DNA of 64,000 nucleotides, taken from assembly GCA_951406725.2 (NCBI GenBank), contig OX597824.1:93558001-93622000 (forward strand), read 5' to 3'. Under the pieces are notes generated by a model. It worked only from the letters and a program-made list of their open reading frames with translations. It was not told the origin of the DNA and searched no databases. The translations under genes were made by a program, and so were the position numbers. This DNA is from Octopus vulgaris (taxonomy: Eukaryota). This document shows, one piece after another, positions 42,687 through 57,362 of the stretch (the stretch's first letter is position 1; every line of letters starts with the position of its first letter).

Positions 42687-42891
42687 GGATGGATGATAGA
42701 TAGATAGAACGATATTGATTGATTCTCCTAGGCGGAAGGGTTCAAGTTTAAGTTTAATTAATTAAAACAGTTTATTGGGTCGTGTGTGTGCTATCACATT
42801 TCAGGCATTAGATCATGCACAATTTTCGCATACATATATGTACGTATAGTTTCCTAAACACAGTGACACACATACATACGTAGACACACAC

Positions 42892-42958
<67 letters not shown>

Positions 42959-43261
42959 ATATATATGTATGTATGTATGTATATATATAAATATATATGT
43001 ATATATGTATGCAAGTATTTAGGTATGTATGCATGTAGGTATGTATGTATGTATGTATGTATGTATATACATATAAGCTGTAAGCATATATTTTCTTCCC
43101 TCGCCGTACATCGTCTGCTGGGAACAATCATCTCATCTAAAATCACGATACCAGAAGACACGAAAAGACAATTATATGGCCACCACCACCACCAGGATCT
43201 CTATCACAACTAGCACACCTAACACCACCAGCAGAGCATGTGCAGCAGCAGCAGCAGAAGC

Positions 43262-43317
<56 letters not shown>

Positions 43318-44163
43318 CAGTTGCAGCAGCAGCAGCAACGGTGGAATAGCGTAACAAGCGACAGCAGCCATATCATTTAATTATAAAAATATTTTCAACC
43401 GTGCTTCCTTTCACCACCTACGCCACAGCCCCTTCTACCACCACGAGCACTACCATCACTAAACCCGCCCGCCCTCCCCACCAGCACCACTACTTTTACC
43501 AATGATTTCAGCTATTGACGAGAGGTGATATGGATGTCTGTACGCTAATTAGCATATTGTTCCGTTCATATATATTCACATCTCACTCGATCACTAATGC
43601 CAGTCTTCACTTCCAATCAATGCCGCTCTCTCTTTCGTACAATAGTGTATAATTTGTCATTCCGCTTTACTCTGGTAACAAAGTAGCGAGAGCACACATA
43701 TACACGTACATATACAAGCAGATCCATATATATTTACATACACACACACACATAGTCACACATAAACATTCACACAGATATACACCGGTATACATTACCA
43801 TTTACGTATGTGCACGTATCTGCGCTTGTATATATGTGTGAATATAATAAACTATTTAGGTCTATTGAAATATGTATATATACATATATATTTATATATA
43901 TATATATACACATGTATATACGAACGTGTGTATATATACATTTATACGTATATACATATATCTCATATATGTTTGTATACATATACGTACGACATATATT
44001 TATAAACTTACATATATGCATGTATATATATGTATATGTATGTGTGTATATATATGTATCTATCTATCTATCTATATATATATATACATATGCGTATACA
44101 TGTGTACATGCATTCTGAATACATATACAAACAAAGACACACATATATGTATACATATACATG

Positions 44164-44243
<80 letters not shown>

Positions 44244-44788
44244 TGTATGTATGTATGAATGTATCTAAAAGTATATATATATGCATACATAAATGCATAC
44301 ATACATGCATACATACATATATGCATGCATAAATTTGTATTTATCTAGATTCAGAATACATCTAAATATGAATAAATACGTATCTCACAAAACCTAGATT
44401 ATCGGAATGCGTAATAATTTTTGTCTTTTCTTGCGATGCATAAACATCTACCACTGGCGTTCTGCGTTGCCCTCTTCGTATTTGTACACCAAGGTACATA
44501 AATATACAACGTAATTTTCATTAATACCAACGAAACTTTTTATGCTTATCGCTGTATATTTCAGCTAGTTACGTAATACCTTCGGCTCACCAACTTTAGT
44601 AAAACAACTTTAACTAACATTTATATTGATCACTTCGAAGGAACCCAGAGCAAATTTTCCAATGTTGTTATTTTATTTCGTTTTAGCAGGTAGACGGTGT
44701 GTTATGTTTAGAGAGTATGTGGATTCAACTCCAGCGAGCAGCATTCCATTGTTTCTATCTAGATGGTTTAAGCTAATATTTACATGTT

Positions 44789-45185
44789 AGGCGGCGAGCT
44801 GGCAGGAACGTTAGCACGCCGGGTGAAACGCGTAGCCGTATTTCGTCTACCGTTTCGTTCTCAGTTCAAATTCCACCGACGTCGACTTTGCCTTTCATCC
44901 TTTCGGGGTCGATAAATTAAGTACCAGTTACACACTGGAGTCGATGTAATCGACTTAATCCGTTTGTCCTTGTTTGTCCCCTCTGTGTTTAGCCCCTTGT
45001 GGGTAGTAAAGAAATAGGTATTTTGTCTGCCATTACATTCTGAGTTCAAATTCCGAACAGGTCGACATTGCCTTTCATCTTTTCGGGGTCGATAAATTAA
45101 GTACCAGTTACGCACTGGTCGATGTAATCGACTTAATCCGCTTGTCTCCTCTGTGTTTAGCCCCATTGTGGGTAGTAAAGAAATA
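44789..45185 (+). mobile_element. SINE family C, dimeric
   Basis: Head plus two body units joined at AAAGAAATAGGTATTTTGTCTGCC. Confidence 0.9.
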
Positions 45186-45222
45186 TATATATTTGTATCG
45201 AATTTGATTTTTATTTATCAAT

Positions 45223-45462
45223 AGGCGCAGGAGTGGCTGTGTCGTAAGTAGCTTGCTTACCAACCACATTGTTCCGGGTCCGGTCTCACTGCCTGGCACC
45301 TTGGGCTTTTTTCAGTGTCCGTCTACCAAATCCACTCACAAGGCTTTGGTCGGCCCAAGTCTATAGAAGAAGAAACTTGCCCCGTATGCCGCGCAGTAGG
45401 ACTGAATCCGGAACTATGTGGTTGGGATGCAGGTTACTTACCACCAGCCACTCCTGCACCTA
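45223..45462. mobile_element. Two family B SINE 5' parts fused in inverted orientation
   Basis: Plus-strand head 45223-45306 abuts a minus-strand copy ~45310-45462 ending AGCCACTCCTGCACCTAT. Confidence 0.85.
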
Positions 45463-46182
45463 TATACACATTTATGTAAACGTTCACGCCTAAATATGCA
45501 GCTTTTCATCAACATATTTACGAATATATACGAAAGGGCAAGCCACGGCTTGCCCATTGTACCAAACAGAAATTATGAACGAATTCGACTCAATTTAAAT
45601 CCCACATGCTCTTTAAAAGAAATGGGAAGGTGCATTGGATTATCTTGTTCTACATGCTCAAAAGTTGACACGATGATCGTGGGCGGAACGCCTGTCAGCA
45701 AAGGTCTTTTCACTTAGTAGTGACCTAGAGCAAAGCAACAACATTACGACATAAGTCTGAGAGAAACTTTCAGAAAACGTAAATAATTCTAAGAAACGGC
45801 ACGTTCATCTCGTCTGGGTAGATTTTGGTCTTATCTCTTCCAAAGACTACATCGTTATTACATAGCGACTTTGATTCAATCGTTGACGCATTTATCTTAT
45901 AAGAAAATATTATGTACAGGTGATAATCTTCAAGGATATTCTTTGATGATATTGATTATGGCTTGCAATAAATGATTGATAGACAAGATCGATATTCATC
46001 ATGCCACACAACGTCTCGCGGACATACATCCAGCGTGATGACAATCATTCTTATAAGTATGGTTATTAAAAATATGGCGAAATGATATTGGTTATCATGT
46101 AACGATGATATTACCTAGGTACCCATCTATTATAGTGATTACGCAAATGAAATATGCGCTTCGTGTGTGTATATATCTATAA

Positions 46183-46246
<64 letters not shown>

Positions 46247-46304
46247 CATATATATATATATATATATATATATAGTGTGTGTGTGTGTGTGTGTGTGCGT
46301 GTGT

Positions 46305-46466
46305 GTGTGTTGTAAGAAGATTAATTCCCAAGCGCATGATCACGGGTCCAGCCCTGCTGCGTGGCACCTTCAATGAGTGTATTCTACTGTAGCCTTAGGC
46401 CGACCAAATCATTGTGAAGGAATTTGGCGGAGGGAAACTGAACGAAACACGACGTATGTATATATA

Positions 46467-46551
<85 letters not shown>

Positions 46552-46660
46552 CTTTGTGTCCGTTTGCCCCGCATCACAATTTGGAAACTGTTGCTTCAGT
46601 GTTTATGTCCCCGTAAGTTAGCGGTTCGGCAAAAGAGAGCGATAGAATAAGTACTAACTT
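46305..46660 (+). mobile_element. SINE family B, degenerate
   Basis: CTGCGTGGCACC...GGCCGACCAAA...internal (TG)(GA)(TG)...TTAGCGGTTCGGCAAAAGAG. Confidence 0.75.
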
Positions 46661-48019
46661 AAGATGTACGTGCGTATGTGTATGTCGAGTCTATTGTTTT
46701 GTAATAGTAATAACCGACTTGTGTAATAAATGCAGTCGGCGGATAGAAACATGTGTAAATTGTATGAAGCCTGAAGCCTAAAAGATTTTGTGTTGATCTG
46801 TTTGCAAATCGTGGCTCGGATACTACACATTCGTGTATGTGGAGTTATAGTGTTTGTTCGCAAGCCACATCGAGCGTAAATATGGACTGTAAGATATTTC
46901 TATTGTGCTCAAAACACTTGGTAACCTCTTGCGCCTTCCAGCCCACCTTTTAAGGTATATATATATAAATTTAAAGTCTGAAGTTTTAACGTATGCGTTA
47001 CTTTAAAATTGAAATTGAAGGGCCAATGTCTTCACATGCCTAATAGAAGTTATTCGTTAGGAAAAACTGGGGAAAATATATACCTATGGGTAAAGAAATT
47101 TCTAGAGGCCAAGTGCGAATGCAGTTCTATAGGGGTAGATTGGCTGGTAGGAGTGGCGAGTGAGTGTGTGCATATATAAGAGGGTATGTGTTTACGAAGA
47201 TGGCCATAAGGCGAGTTGTATTTTGCTATATGTGAGTGTTGGAGTGTATATGAGAATTTATGATGGCTTATATACATGTAAGGAACAATTACGTCAGAAG
47301 TAACTAAGAGCTAAAAAAGTAGATTATCAAAATATTATTTAACTTTTACAGAATTCTATCAAATCTTAATAACAAGAGATTATCTAGTTCTTCTGTTTGT
47401 TTATTTACTTATATATTTATTTATTTTATCATAGTATTGTTTATTTTTTGGATTTGAACTGTTTGACAATGACTTGTCTCAGAAATGAATTTTGATTAAT
47501 TTAAACCTATCACGTCCACCATTTTGTTATTTTATAAACAAATCACAAATCATGCATTCAATTATTCTTTTGTCATTTTTCTCTTTCTCTCTCCCTCTCT
47601 CGTTCCCTCGCTCCTCTCTCTCTTTTATTTTCATATTCAAATTTTTTTGTTTTCTTCTCGTTTCTTTAATTTTGTTCACTTCTCTGACCGTATCACATGA
47701 CGAATATTTAGCGAATAACTGTCTGGTGATTCTTTCGAAAATTCACATGTGACCTCACTTTATTATTATTTTTTTGTTTTGTTTTATACATTTCAGATTT
47801 TTTAAAAGTTCTTTTTTTTTCTTTCATATTTTATTGACATCATATTTTTTCCCTCCATTTCGTTAGTTTTGATAGTTCATAGAACGATATTTAAATGATG
47901 AAAGCAGACAATCATGAGAATGATTTCATATACGTACACATACAATACACACACAAACACATCCCAAAACATACAAATACGTACAAACACATATTCATAT
48001 ATATATATATATATACGTA

Positions 48020-48053
<34 letters not shown>

Positions 48054-48097
48054 TGTGTGTGTGTGTGTGTGTATGCATATATACATATTATATATGT

Positions 48098-48134
<37 letters not shown>

Positions 48135-48289
48135 AATAGATAGATAAATAGATAGATAGAGAGAGAGAGAGAGACAGACAGAGACAGAGACAGACAGAGA
48201 GTTAGACAGAAGTTTATTTGCCTACGTAAAGTGGCTGTTCCCATTAGGACAAATATTGCGGTTATCGATTCTCAAACTACGTCCTTATA

Positions 48290-48413
48290 CCGGGTGTTCA
48301 AAAAGTCTATCCGCAGTGAATTTTCAGACTCACCAAGATGTATTTCAAAACAAGTGTAGAAGAGTCAACTTTTGTATTGAAAATGAAGAATCACACTTTC
48401 AACACCTCTCATA
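48290..48413 (+). mobile_element. Internally deleted Tc1/mariner remnant
   Basis: TA|CCGGGTGTTCAAAAAGT TIR-like start; ends with RRVNFCIENEESHFQHLS*, resembling the RR...CI...GGHFEHL transposase C-terminus. Confidence 0.55.
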
Positions 48414-48483
48414 AATATCAAGCACTTGATCGGGATGCAAAGGGTAGGTTCCTAGCATTTTCAGATTTATAAATTCTCGAAAG

Positions 48484-48541
48484 ATTATGTTGAAGACGGA
48501 AATGAATTTGTATAACTCTAATCCAGAAACGCGTCCATAAT
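48484..48541 (+). ncRNA. Minimal type-I hammerhead motif (C3U), related to 8909-8975
   Basis: AUUAUG-UUGAAGA-CGGA...UCCA-GAAACGCGU-C-CAUAAU; perfect 6-bp stem I, GUC triplet. Confidence 0.65.
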
Positions 48542-48721
48542 TAATCGAAGACCGTTTGATTTCGTTTTTTTTTTCTTCTTTTTGCCTATGTGAGTTACAA
48601 ATATTGTTATCTGTGGAGTCATATCTGTAGTAAAAAGGAATGAGCTGCCTTTGGCTGCTATTTTTAACTTTTCGGTATGTTGTTAAGCAACTTATTGCTT
48701 AACCCTTAATTATATTTAAAT

Positions 48722-48866
<145 letters not shown>

Positions 48867-49382
48867 TATACAGAGGAGACCCAGAGATTCTCCATATAGA
48901 AGACACCAAGTATTGCTCAAAAGATTCAAACTGAGACTCTAATGTCTTTACAAGGGATCATCCCACAAGGTAAAGATAAGGGGTCAAGTTGAGCGCGAAT
49001 AGAGGCAGCCATGCGGATAAACAAATGAGACGCAATCAACATATAGGTTGAGATAATTATTTGCAAACACATCAAATGCAAAAGATGTCTGCATACAAAC
49101 GAGAGAAGGCAAAATTTGGAAATTGAGATGATGAATTTTGATGTATAAATGTATAGATATTTGTATTATGACACTTCTCTTCCACGCCTTTAATTTTCTC
49201 TGTCGTTTGTACTCTGTCGTGTGTAGTTCGGACCTCTTCATCCTCTGGAGGTTTCCACCTTTTGCTTTCTCTCGTTCTGCATGTAGACATATACACCTGT
49301 TTTGTATTTGATGTATTTTATATATTGGGTATATTTGATGTGTTCAATTTGTTAATCTGCGTAATTGTCTCTCTCAATCTCT

Positions 49383-49456
<74 letters not shown>

Positions 49457-49565
49457 ATATATATATATGAATATTTGAGTTGTTGAATGACTTATCTTAT
49501 TATGGATAATTCGAATTAATTATTCTTTTGTCATTTCTCTCTCTCTCCCCTTCTCTCTCACGTTC

Positions 49566-49614
<49 letters not shown>

Positions 49615-49812
49615 CCTTCGCTCCTCTCTTTCTCTCTTTTATTTTCATATTTCAATTTTTTTATTTTCTTCTCGATTCTTTAATTTTGTTCCCTTCTCTG
49701 ACCGTATCGCGGCATAATGTACTCCTCATTCCTTCGCAATTAGGAATATGCAGCCTTCGAAACATTTGTCGAAAATAAAGGAATTTTGTTAATGCGTCGT
49801 TCAATTCCATTC

Positions 49813-49860
<48 letters not shown>

Positions 49861-50604
49861 CTGAAATTCATGGGTGAGCGTGTGGCCTAATCGGATGCGC
49901 AAGGAGCCATGTTGGCGTTGATTTGTGGGTTTGATTCTGCCTGGGTTTAGCTCATCATTTTTCAGTCATTTGTTTTTATTTATAAACTGTCTCTTCAAAC
50001 CAGCGAATAAAATATAATTATGATATATTATTACACAGTTATTATGCGGTACTTGCATGAGATTTTATGAGGTTGTATATCAGTATTAGAAGTCAATGAC
50101 GATATTAAAAGGTGCACATGGTGAATGTAAAACGGTAATCTAACATGTAGGTTGAGATGGGCGAATTATTTCCAACCGCATTGAATAATAATCATCCACG
50201 TTTCAATCATTAGAGGTGATTTAGGAGGATTTACAAATGTGTATTTTTAAAACATGAGAATTTTAAAGAATTTCAAAAATTCGAATGGTATATCGAACGA
50301 TATATAATAAGAGCAGAGTATACATGTTTAAATAAATAACAAAACTATTGATAATAGTGTTTTAAGATGAATCCAAAAGCACAAAGAATAAAGGAAATTT
50401 GTTAATTTGTCGTTCAACTCCATTCTTTCATTTATTCATAAATTTTATAAAAATACGCACAAATTTCCACACGAAAACACGTAGTCTCTGCCCTAGGCAC
50501 GTAACTTCAACCATGTTATTTCTGATGTGAATTTGCTACCCAGGTATCGGTTAAACGAATTACCCATAAAAAGATATTTCATTTTTCTACATATATATTT
50601 GTTT

Positions 50605-50795
50605 GTTTATTGCCCACAAGGGGCTAAACATAGAGGGAACAAACAAGGACAGACAAAGGGATTAAGTCGATTACATCAACCCCAGTGCGGAATTACATCG
50701 ACCTCGGCGGAATTTGAACTCAGAACGTAACGACAGACGAAATATCGCTAAGCATTTCGCCCGGCGCGCTAACGTGTCTGCCAGCTCGCCGCCCT
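50605..50795 (-). mobile_element. SINE family C
   Basis: TCTGCCAGCTCGCCGCC end and GGAATTTGAACTCAGAACG body. Confidence 0.85.
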
Positions 50796-51486
50796 CATAT
50801 ATATATTGACATACACACACGCGCACAGGCACACATTTTATGGCGGTATTCCGCATAGTTTCAATATATCAAATTTGCCAAATTCGTTCACGTGGCATTA
50901 GTCACCCTAAGGCTGTAGTGATATATATACTCAGGTGTGGTGCTGCTTGGTAGGAATAAACTTGAAACCACGTGATCCCAAGCCTGTGTCTGTTCGCGTG
51001 CGTGTGTGCGTCTGTGTGTGTGTGTGTGTGTGTGTGTGCTTGCGTGCATGTCTTTCGATGATTATATTAACCTATATATGCAAAGCTACAGAGTCAAAAA
51101 CGGATCTCTGTTCATTCTTCACAATAGCCATTATCATAATGATCAACATCATCATCATCATTATCATCGTCGTCATCATCATCTTCATCATGAAATTCAT
51201 CTCCATGTTAACGTTACAAGCGGTTACCCCCATCGTGTGTCTTATTATCAGCACCGCCTGTAGCTATCGCCATTATTTACATATGTCAAACAATTCCAAA
51301 CAAGACTTCAGCCGTGTTCTGATTTATGGCATTTAAAAATTTCTATTTGTCACACTTCACATAGAAATATCATGACAGAGCCAAAGAAAAACCCTGTATG
51401 CGGTTGTTTAATCGGCTAGATATAGCGACTAATTATACCTCAATTCTCAAATGAGAGGCTATATAGCGTTAAATTGAAATAAATAA

Positions 51487-51600
51487 AGTAATCCCTCCAC
51501 TATCGCGGGTGCTACTTTCCAAAACAACGCCGCGATAGATGAAAACCCGCGATAGATAAAAACCCGTGATAGATGAAAAGCCGCGAAGTAGAAACAATAC
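51487..51600 (+). mobile_element. MITE-like end (pogo/Tigger-like) with 17-bp subterminal tandem repeats
   Basis: AGTAATCCCTCCACTATCGCGG, then CCGCGATAGATGAAAAC-type units about 3.5 times. Confidence 0.5.
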
Positions 51601-51951
51601 TGCGCTGTATTCTTTTATTCTTTTATTTGTTTCAGACATTTGATTGCTGGCACGCTGGAGCATTGCCCTAAACAAACAAATCGAGCCAGGAATTATTCTT
51701 TGTAAGCCTATTAGTTATTCTATCGTTCACTTTTGCTGAACCGTCTGGTTCGAGCCGCTCCATTTAATTGAATAATACAATCATTACATGAACTTAAATG
51801 TAGCGCCATCTTCAGCTGCAGAAATAAATAAAATGAATCTTAACCAGTCGGACACATTAATATAATTTTTCTCCAAGATATATATATATATATGCAGATA
51901 TAAATATATATATGTGTGTGTGTATATATATGCAGATATAAATATATACAC

Positions 51952-51996
<45 letters not shown>

Positions 51997-52193
51997 TATG
52001 TAAATATATATATGTATATATATACATATGTATATATAAATATATGTATATATATATGCATGTATATGTGGGTGTGTGTGCATGTATCTATTTAATGTAT
52101 GTATAGTTTAATTATCACTGAGTGTAACTAAAGGTACCGGACCACCTGCAATGCTAGAAATAAGAGTTCAAAACTCCTAATGCTGTAAGAGCG

Positions 52194-52238
<45 letters not shown>

Positions 52239-52429
52239 CATTTACAGGTGTGATAACCGCCCATGAGCTTCTCACGAATCACTAGACTAGGCCTAGTTTC
52301 ACCTATTTTTTAAGCTATCGTCACTATCGATGCTCAATCGGTCGATGGCTTGGCTAATTCCGTCTGCCAGAATATATATCTTTACCATAAAAATGCATCG
52401 GTGATTTAGAGACATGCAAATGCCTATAA

Positions 52430-52688
52430 TAAAAGTCAATATAAAAAGCTAGGCCCAATGAAATACTATAAAGGAAAGATTTATTCGTCGTTAAGTGTAA
52501 CTAAGGGTACTGAAACATCTACATTGCTAGACATAAGACTGTATATACTGTACTCTTGTCACAGTATTAAGAATTTTTAACTGTTATTTCTAGCATTGTA
52601 GTTGCTTCGGTACCCTTAATCACACCTATTGGCGGTTTAAATTTTCCCTTATAGTATCACACTACACCTAGCTTTTATATTAATTTAT
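52430..52688. repeat. Diverged ~105-bp inverted repeat with ~40-nt spacer
   Basis: AATATAAAAAGCTAGG...GTGTAACTAAGGGTACTGAAACATCTACATTGCTAG versus CTAGCATTGTAGTTGCTTCGGTACCCTTAATCACAC...CCTAGCTTTTATATT. Confidence 0.8.
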
Positions 52689-54129
52689 GTGTTTGTGTAG
52701 GGGTCCTGTATGCATATTTGTGTGTGTATTTGTGTGTGTATATATATACATATATGGGTGTGTGTGTGTGTGTGTGTGCATGTATATAAATATGTGATTT
52801 TGTGCTTGAGTCTCTCCCCCACCATCACTTGAGAATTAGTGATGTTGTGTTTACGTCAACGTAACATTAGCGCTTTGACATCTACATAGACCTCTCTACT
52901 TTTTCATACCAGAGTCTGAGGTTTGCCAGAGCTCATTCCTCTATCAAAACTACGTTTGAGCCTCATACATTAACGTATAAATCTACTCTGCTCAAACACT
53001 AACAGTTACATTCTCATCTCCTCTCACCAGTTAGAATATCTCTCTTGCACACACACACGAAAACACACAAATACACACAGATACGTGTAAACACAAACAC
53101 ACACTGATGCGTGTGAACACAAACGCACACATTCACCTGCATACACAGATATACACATTCACACATACACTCAATCACAACGTGGTTCGCAATATGTCTT
53201 GTATCATGTTTGGCCCTATAGTACACCGACCAACATTAATATCGCCATTAGCAGTAGGTGTATTATAAATCATTGTGATGAGGACATTTGATAAATATCT
53301 CATCTTAATGTGATAACAGAATCGTATGATAAATGAGACATCGTTATTTTTCCAATCACCAAAATCAATATACAAAATTGATGCATGCAAGAATCATTTT
53401 GTTTTTATTCATTTTTCACTTTTTCCATTTTTTCGTTTCTTTTTTTTTCTTTGCATTTTGTCTGTTTCTTGTGTTTTGCTTTTTAATTGTCTGCGAGAAA
53501 ACAAAAAGGAAAAAAAATTATCAAGGCCAGCTTTTCAGTCTGGAAAATAATTAACGATATTCTCTTTTAACAATTTGTTATTTGTTATTTGTCAATAGCG
53601 CAACATATCGGATGGCTGTGCTGTTCATAATATAGATTTAATATTTCATATATTATAGATTATCCACGCCAGTCATCGTACTTGAGCTCATTATTCTCCA
53701 TTATATTACATAACGGGTGTATATGAACTTAGTACTGTAAGCTAACTTGATAATCTAAATAAGATCCACACAAAATGGGTGTCTTTCAACAATAACAAAA
53801 CTTGATATATATAAATATAAAAACAGAACTGCATAGAAAAATAACGCTTCGGATATCCTGCAGCCTAAAATCAGATTGCAGCATTATTATATGTAATCCT
53901 TTCTTTCATTTTCTACTTTGCTTAATTTATTGGGCAAAATCTTGTACGGTTTTAGTCGAAAACGACGGTGCCATCCTTAATTTTTTTAAAGTTTTGACGA
54001 ACTGATATATTAAGTTGACATAAACATCCCAACCACAGCTGTCAATCGATAGGGGTACAAACACCTGTAAAATGTTTCACACCAAACTAAGTAACATCGA
54101 CGTTAAATTTGGGCGAAAACCTTTGAAAT

Positions 54130-54196
<67 letters not shown>

Positions 54197-54630
54197 CAAT
54201 ACACACACATACATACCCACGTATGTACATATACCTATGGCATACATGTTTTTTATATGCATACCTGTTCGTGTGTGTGTGTGTGTGTTGCCCGTATATC
54301 AGCAAAACACTATTTTTCCTCGATGGAAAAAATACAACAAAATTCTTAACAAAAACTTACTCGTCGCTATAAGGGGACCTAACTTCTGTTTGCAAACAAT
54401 TGTGGTTTCTTCGACTTGAAAATTGTTAAAAGTTTTGGTTGAAAATTTATTTTTACTGCTATTCGCTGGCGCCTCTGGTAAAAATAAGTTGACGAAAAAT
54501 TACATTCACGTACACACACACACACATCCTGCCTTTTATATATATAGATATGTGTGGGTACGTATGTATATATATGTGTGTGTGTGTGTGTGTCCGCGCG
54601 CGCGTGTGTGCGTGAGTGTGTGTGTGTACG

Positions 54631-54661
<31 letters not shown>

Positions 54662-55732
54662 GTATGTGTATTATTTCAATGTGTACAATTAACGCGGAAA
54701 AAATAAACAAATAGTTACCGGGGTAGCAAAATCACATAGGTACCAAAGATATAACAGCCTACTTATAAAGGTAGAAATTCCAGGGTTTAGTGAAATGTTT
54801 TTGTATGAATAACACTTGCGTTTAACTCCATTTATTTATTTTTATACGTATATGTGTATGCGTATGTAAGTGTGTGCATATATATATGTATGTATATACA
54901 CACATGTATGTGTATCTGTCTATCTATCTATACATCTATATATGTGTGTGTGTGTGTGCGTATATATATATATATATACATATATATAAATATATATATA
55001 AAGAAAACAAAAGGCGAAGATAGGTGTAGGAACAAACAGTTGTTTTAGTTTGACACTCAGGAAAAATGGAAAATAAAGCAATAGGGGGCCCAAAGTTGGA
55101 TCATAACTGACACAGAACAAAACCTACGTGTATGTATTTGACGCCAATACCAAAATATGCTGTCGCCAAAACAGACAGCCATGCCAAATACCAGTGTACA
55201 AACAGCCACGCCCACTTGTCTCATTTCGAAATGTTAGACGGCCTAGTTGCCTGAACACGAACATTGTAGCTCATATCCACCCACGTTGACTTCTTGGAGC
55301 TCAAATCTCCTTTATAGTATTATAATCTTCCTCGGGTGATCATGACAATTGTCGGTATAGGATTTTTTCTATAACACATGTGTAGATTTTAAACTGTATG
55401 ATTGTTGATAAATGAACAGAATTTCATGTTTTTCTCCAGGTTATGTCTGTCACATCTCGTCTGGTTGGGATCTTTTTCAGATTATAAATAAGGCAACGTA
55501 AATCTGTATTTCTAACATCTAAAGCCTACATGTGCACGATGTTCACATTTTGTGTAGAAAATGATATATATATATATATGTCACCTGTCGTCTTTTCATT
55601 ATTGAATCCACTCATATATGTGTGTATATGTATTTATGTATGTATGTATGTATGTATGTATGTATGTATGTATGTATGTATGTATGTATGTATGTATGTA
55701 TGTATATATAAATATATATATATATATCAATA

Positions 55733-55907
55733 TCATGATAGATCGTTAGCCACTACACATATTTTTCGCTCCTCGTTTTTTTATGTGTCCCTTTCTGTAG
55801 AAGAGCGTAGACTCGAAATGTAAAATACTTTTTTCTGTTCCTGAGCGTTATACTAATACATCTGCTTGTTTTGTACACCACCTGTCTTCGTCTTTTGTTT
55901 TTTTCGT

Positions 55908-55912
<5 letters not shown>
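55733..55912 (+). mobile_element. Penelope-like pLTR fragment with atypical hammerhead-like motif
   Basis: CTTT-CTGTAGAA-GAGC GTAG ACTC-GAAATGT-A-AAA at 55791-55825; homologous to 4522-4716. Confidence 0.55.
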
Positions 55913-55981
<69 letters not shown>

Positions 55982-56066
55982 ATGTAGGATAAAAGTTTTT
56001 TGAAAAAAAAAATGTTATCAATAGCCAGCATATTAAAAAATACCTTTAAAGGTTAAATTTATAAAC

Positions 56067-56208
56067 AACTTATAAATAAGGGCAAACGAAAACATTTCTA
56101 ATGCCAAATATGCCGAAATTAGACACATTATCCATAACCATGAGCAATGTGTATAATTTCGGCATATTTGGCATTAGAAATTTTTTCGTGTGCCCTTATT
56201 TATAAGTT
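56067..56208. repeat. 63-bp inverted repeat (3 mismatches, 16-nt loop) between (TA)n tracts
   Basis: Arms 56067-56129 and 56146-56208. Confidence 0.93.
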
Positions 56209-57072
56209 ATATATATATATATATATATATATAATGGAAATATGTTACAAAAAGAAAATAGAAACTACACGTGGAAATGTAAGGGGAAAGTAAGAAGAAA
56301 AATAAGCGAAAATGCACATTGGAAGTCAAAAAAGTAAAGGCTTCTTATGAACAGTAACGATAGATGCATATATACAATTAGATGAACCGAGGTAGGAATA
56401 GAAATAATAAAAGTCATTATTGTGAATTGTTAAAGAGATTCATAAGCATACCGGTTTCGTGAATTACTAACCATTGCTTTGAATGCACACCGATTAATGA
56501 ACAGTGTCAGCTCTACTAGTCTCTTAGTAAAACGATTATGTGTAAGGAAGGTACGTAGTTCTGGTTTTGGTGCAATTAGGGTAGATATAGATCTGTAATT
56601 TGAATTGTGTATGGGATGTATGGGTTTTTGTGGTATTAATTTAAAGGATAGTAGTGTATATATGTGTATGTGGTGTGTGTGTGTGAGTCAGTGGATTCGA
56701 TAATGAAAAAACGACGGGCGACAAAATGAAGGCAAGAAGCGAAAGAAGGAAAAATTAAGTTCTACCGACGCTATATTTAACAAATAGCGTCGGTAGAACT
56801 TATATATACATACGTATGTATGTATGTATGTATGTGCATATGTATGTATGTATGTATGTATGTATGTGCATATGTATATATATGTACATGTATATATAAG
56901 CATATATATAACGAGATATATATATATATATGTATATACATATATATATCTATATATTTATATGCGTGTGCATGTGTGTGTGACTGTAGACACATATATC
57001 TACGTATGTATATGTATATATATTTTTATATATTTACATTCATATATATGTATATATATGTTTATATATATA

Positions 57073-57128
<56 letters not shown>

Positions 57129-57143
57129 CTAATAATACTAATG

Positions 57144-57225
<82 letters not shown>

Positions 57226-57362
57226 GTAATGAACTGTATGAAAGACTGAGAACAAGCTGCGTCAAACAGTATGACGGGTCTATTAGTCCTCTGAGGATGG
57301 TTGAGATCGATTCGGCTCGACTTAGCGATGGATGGCATCAAGAAAATTGATTGATTTGCCTT

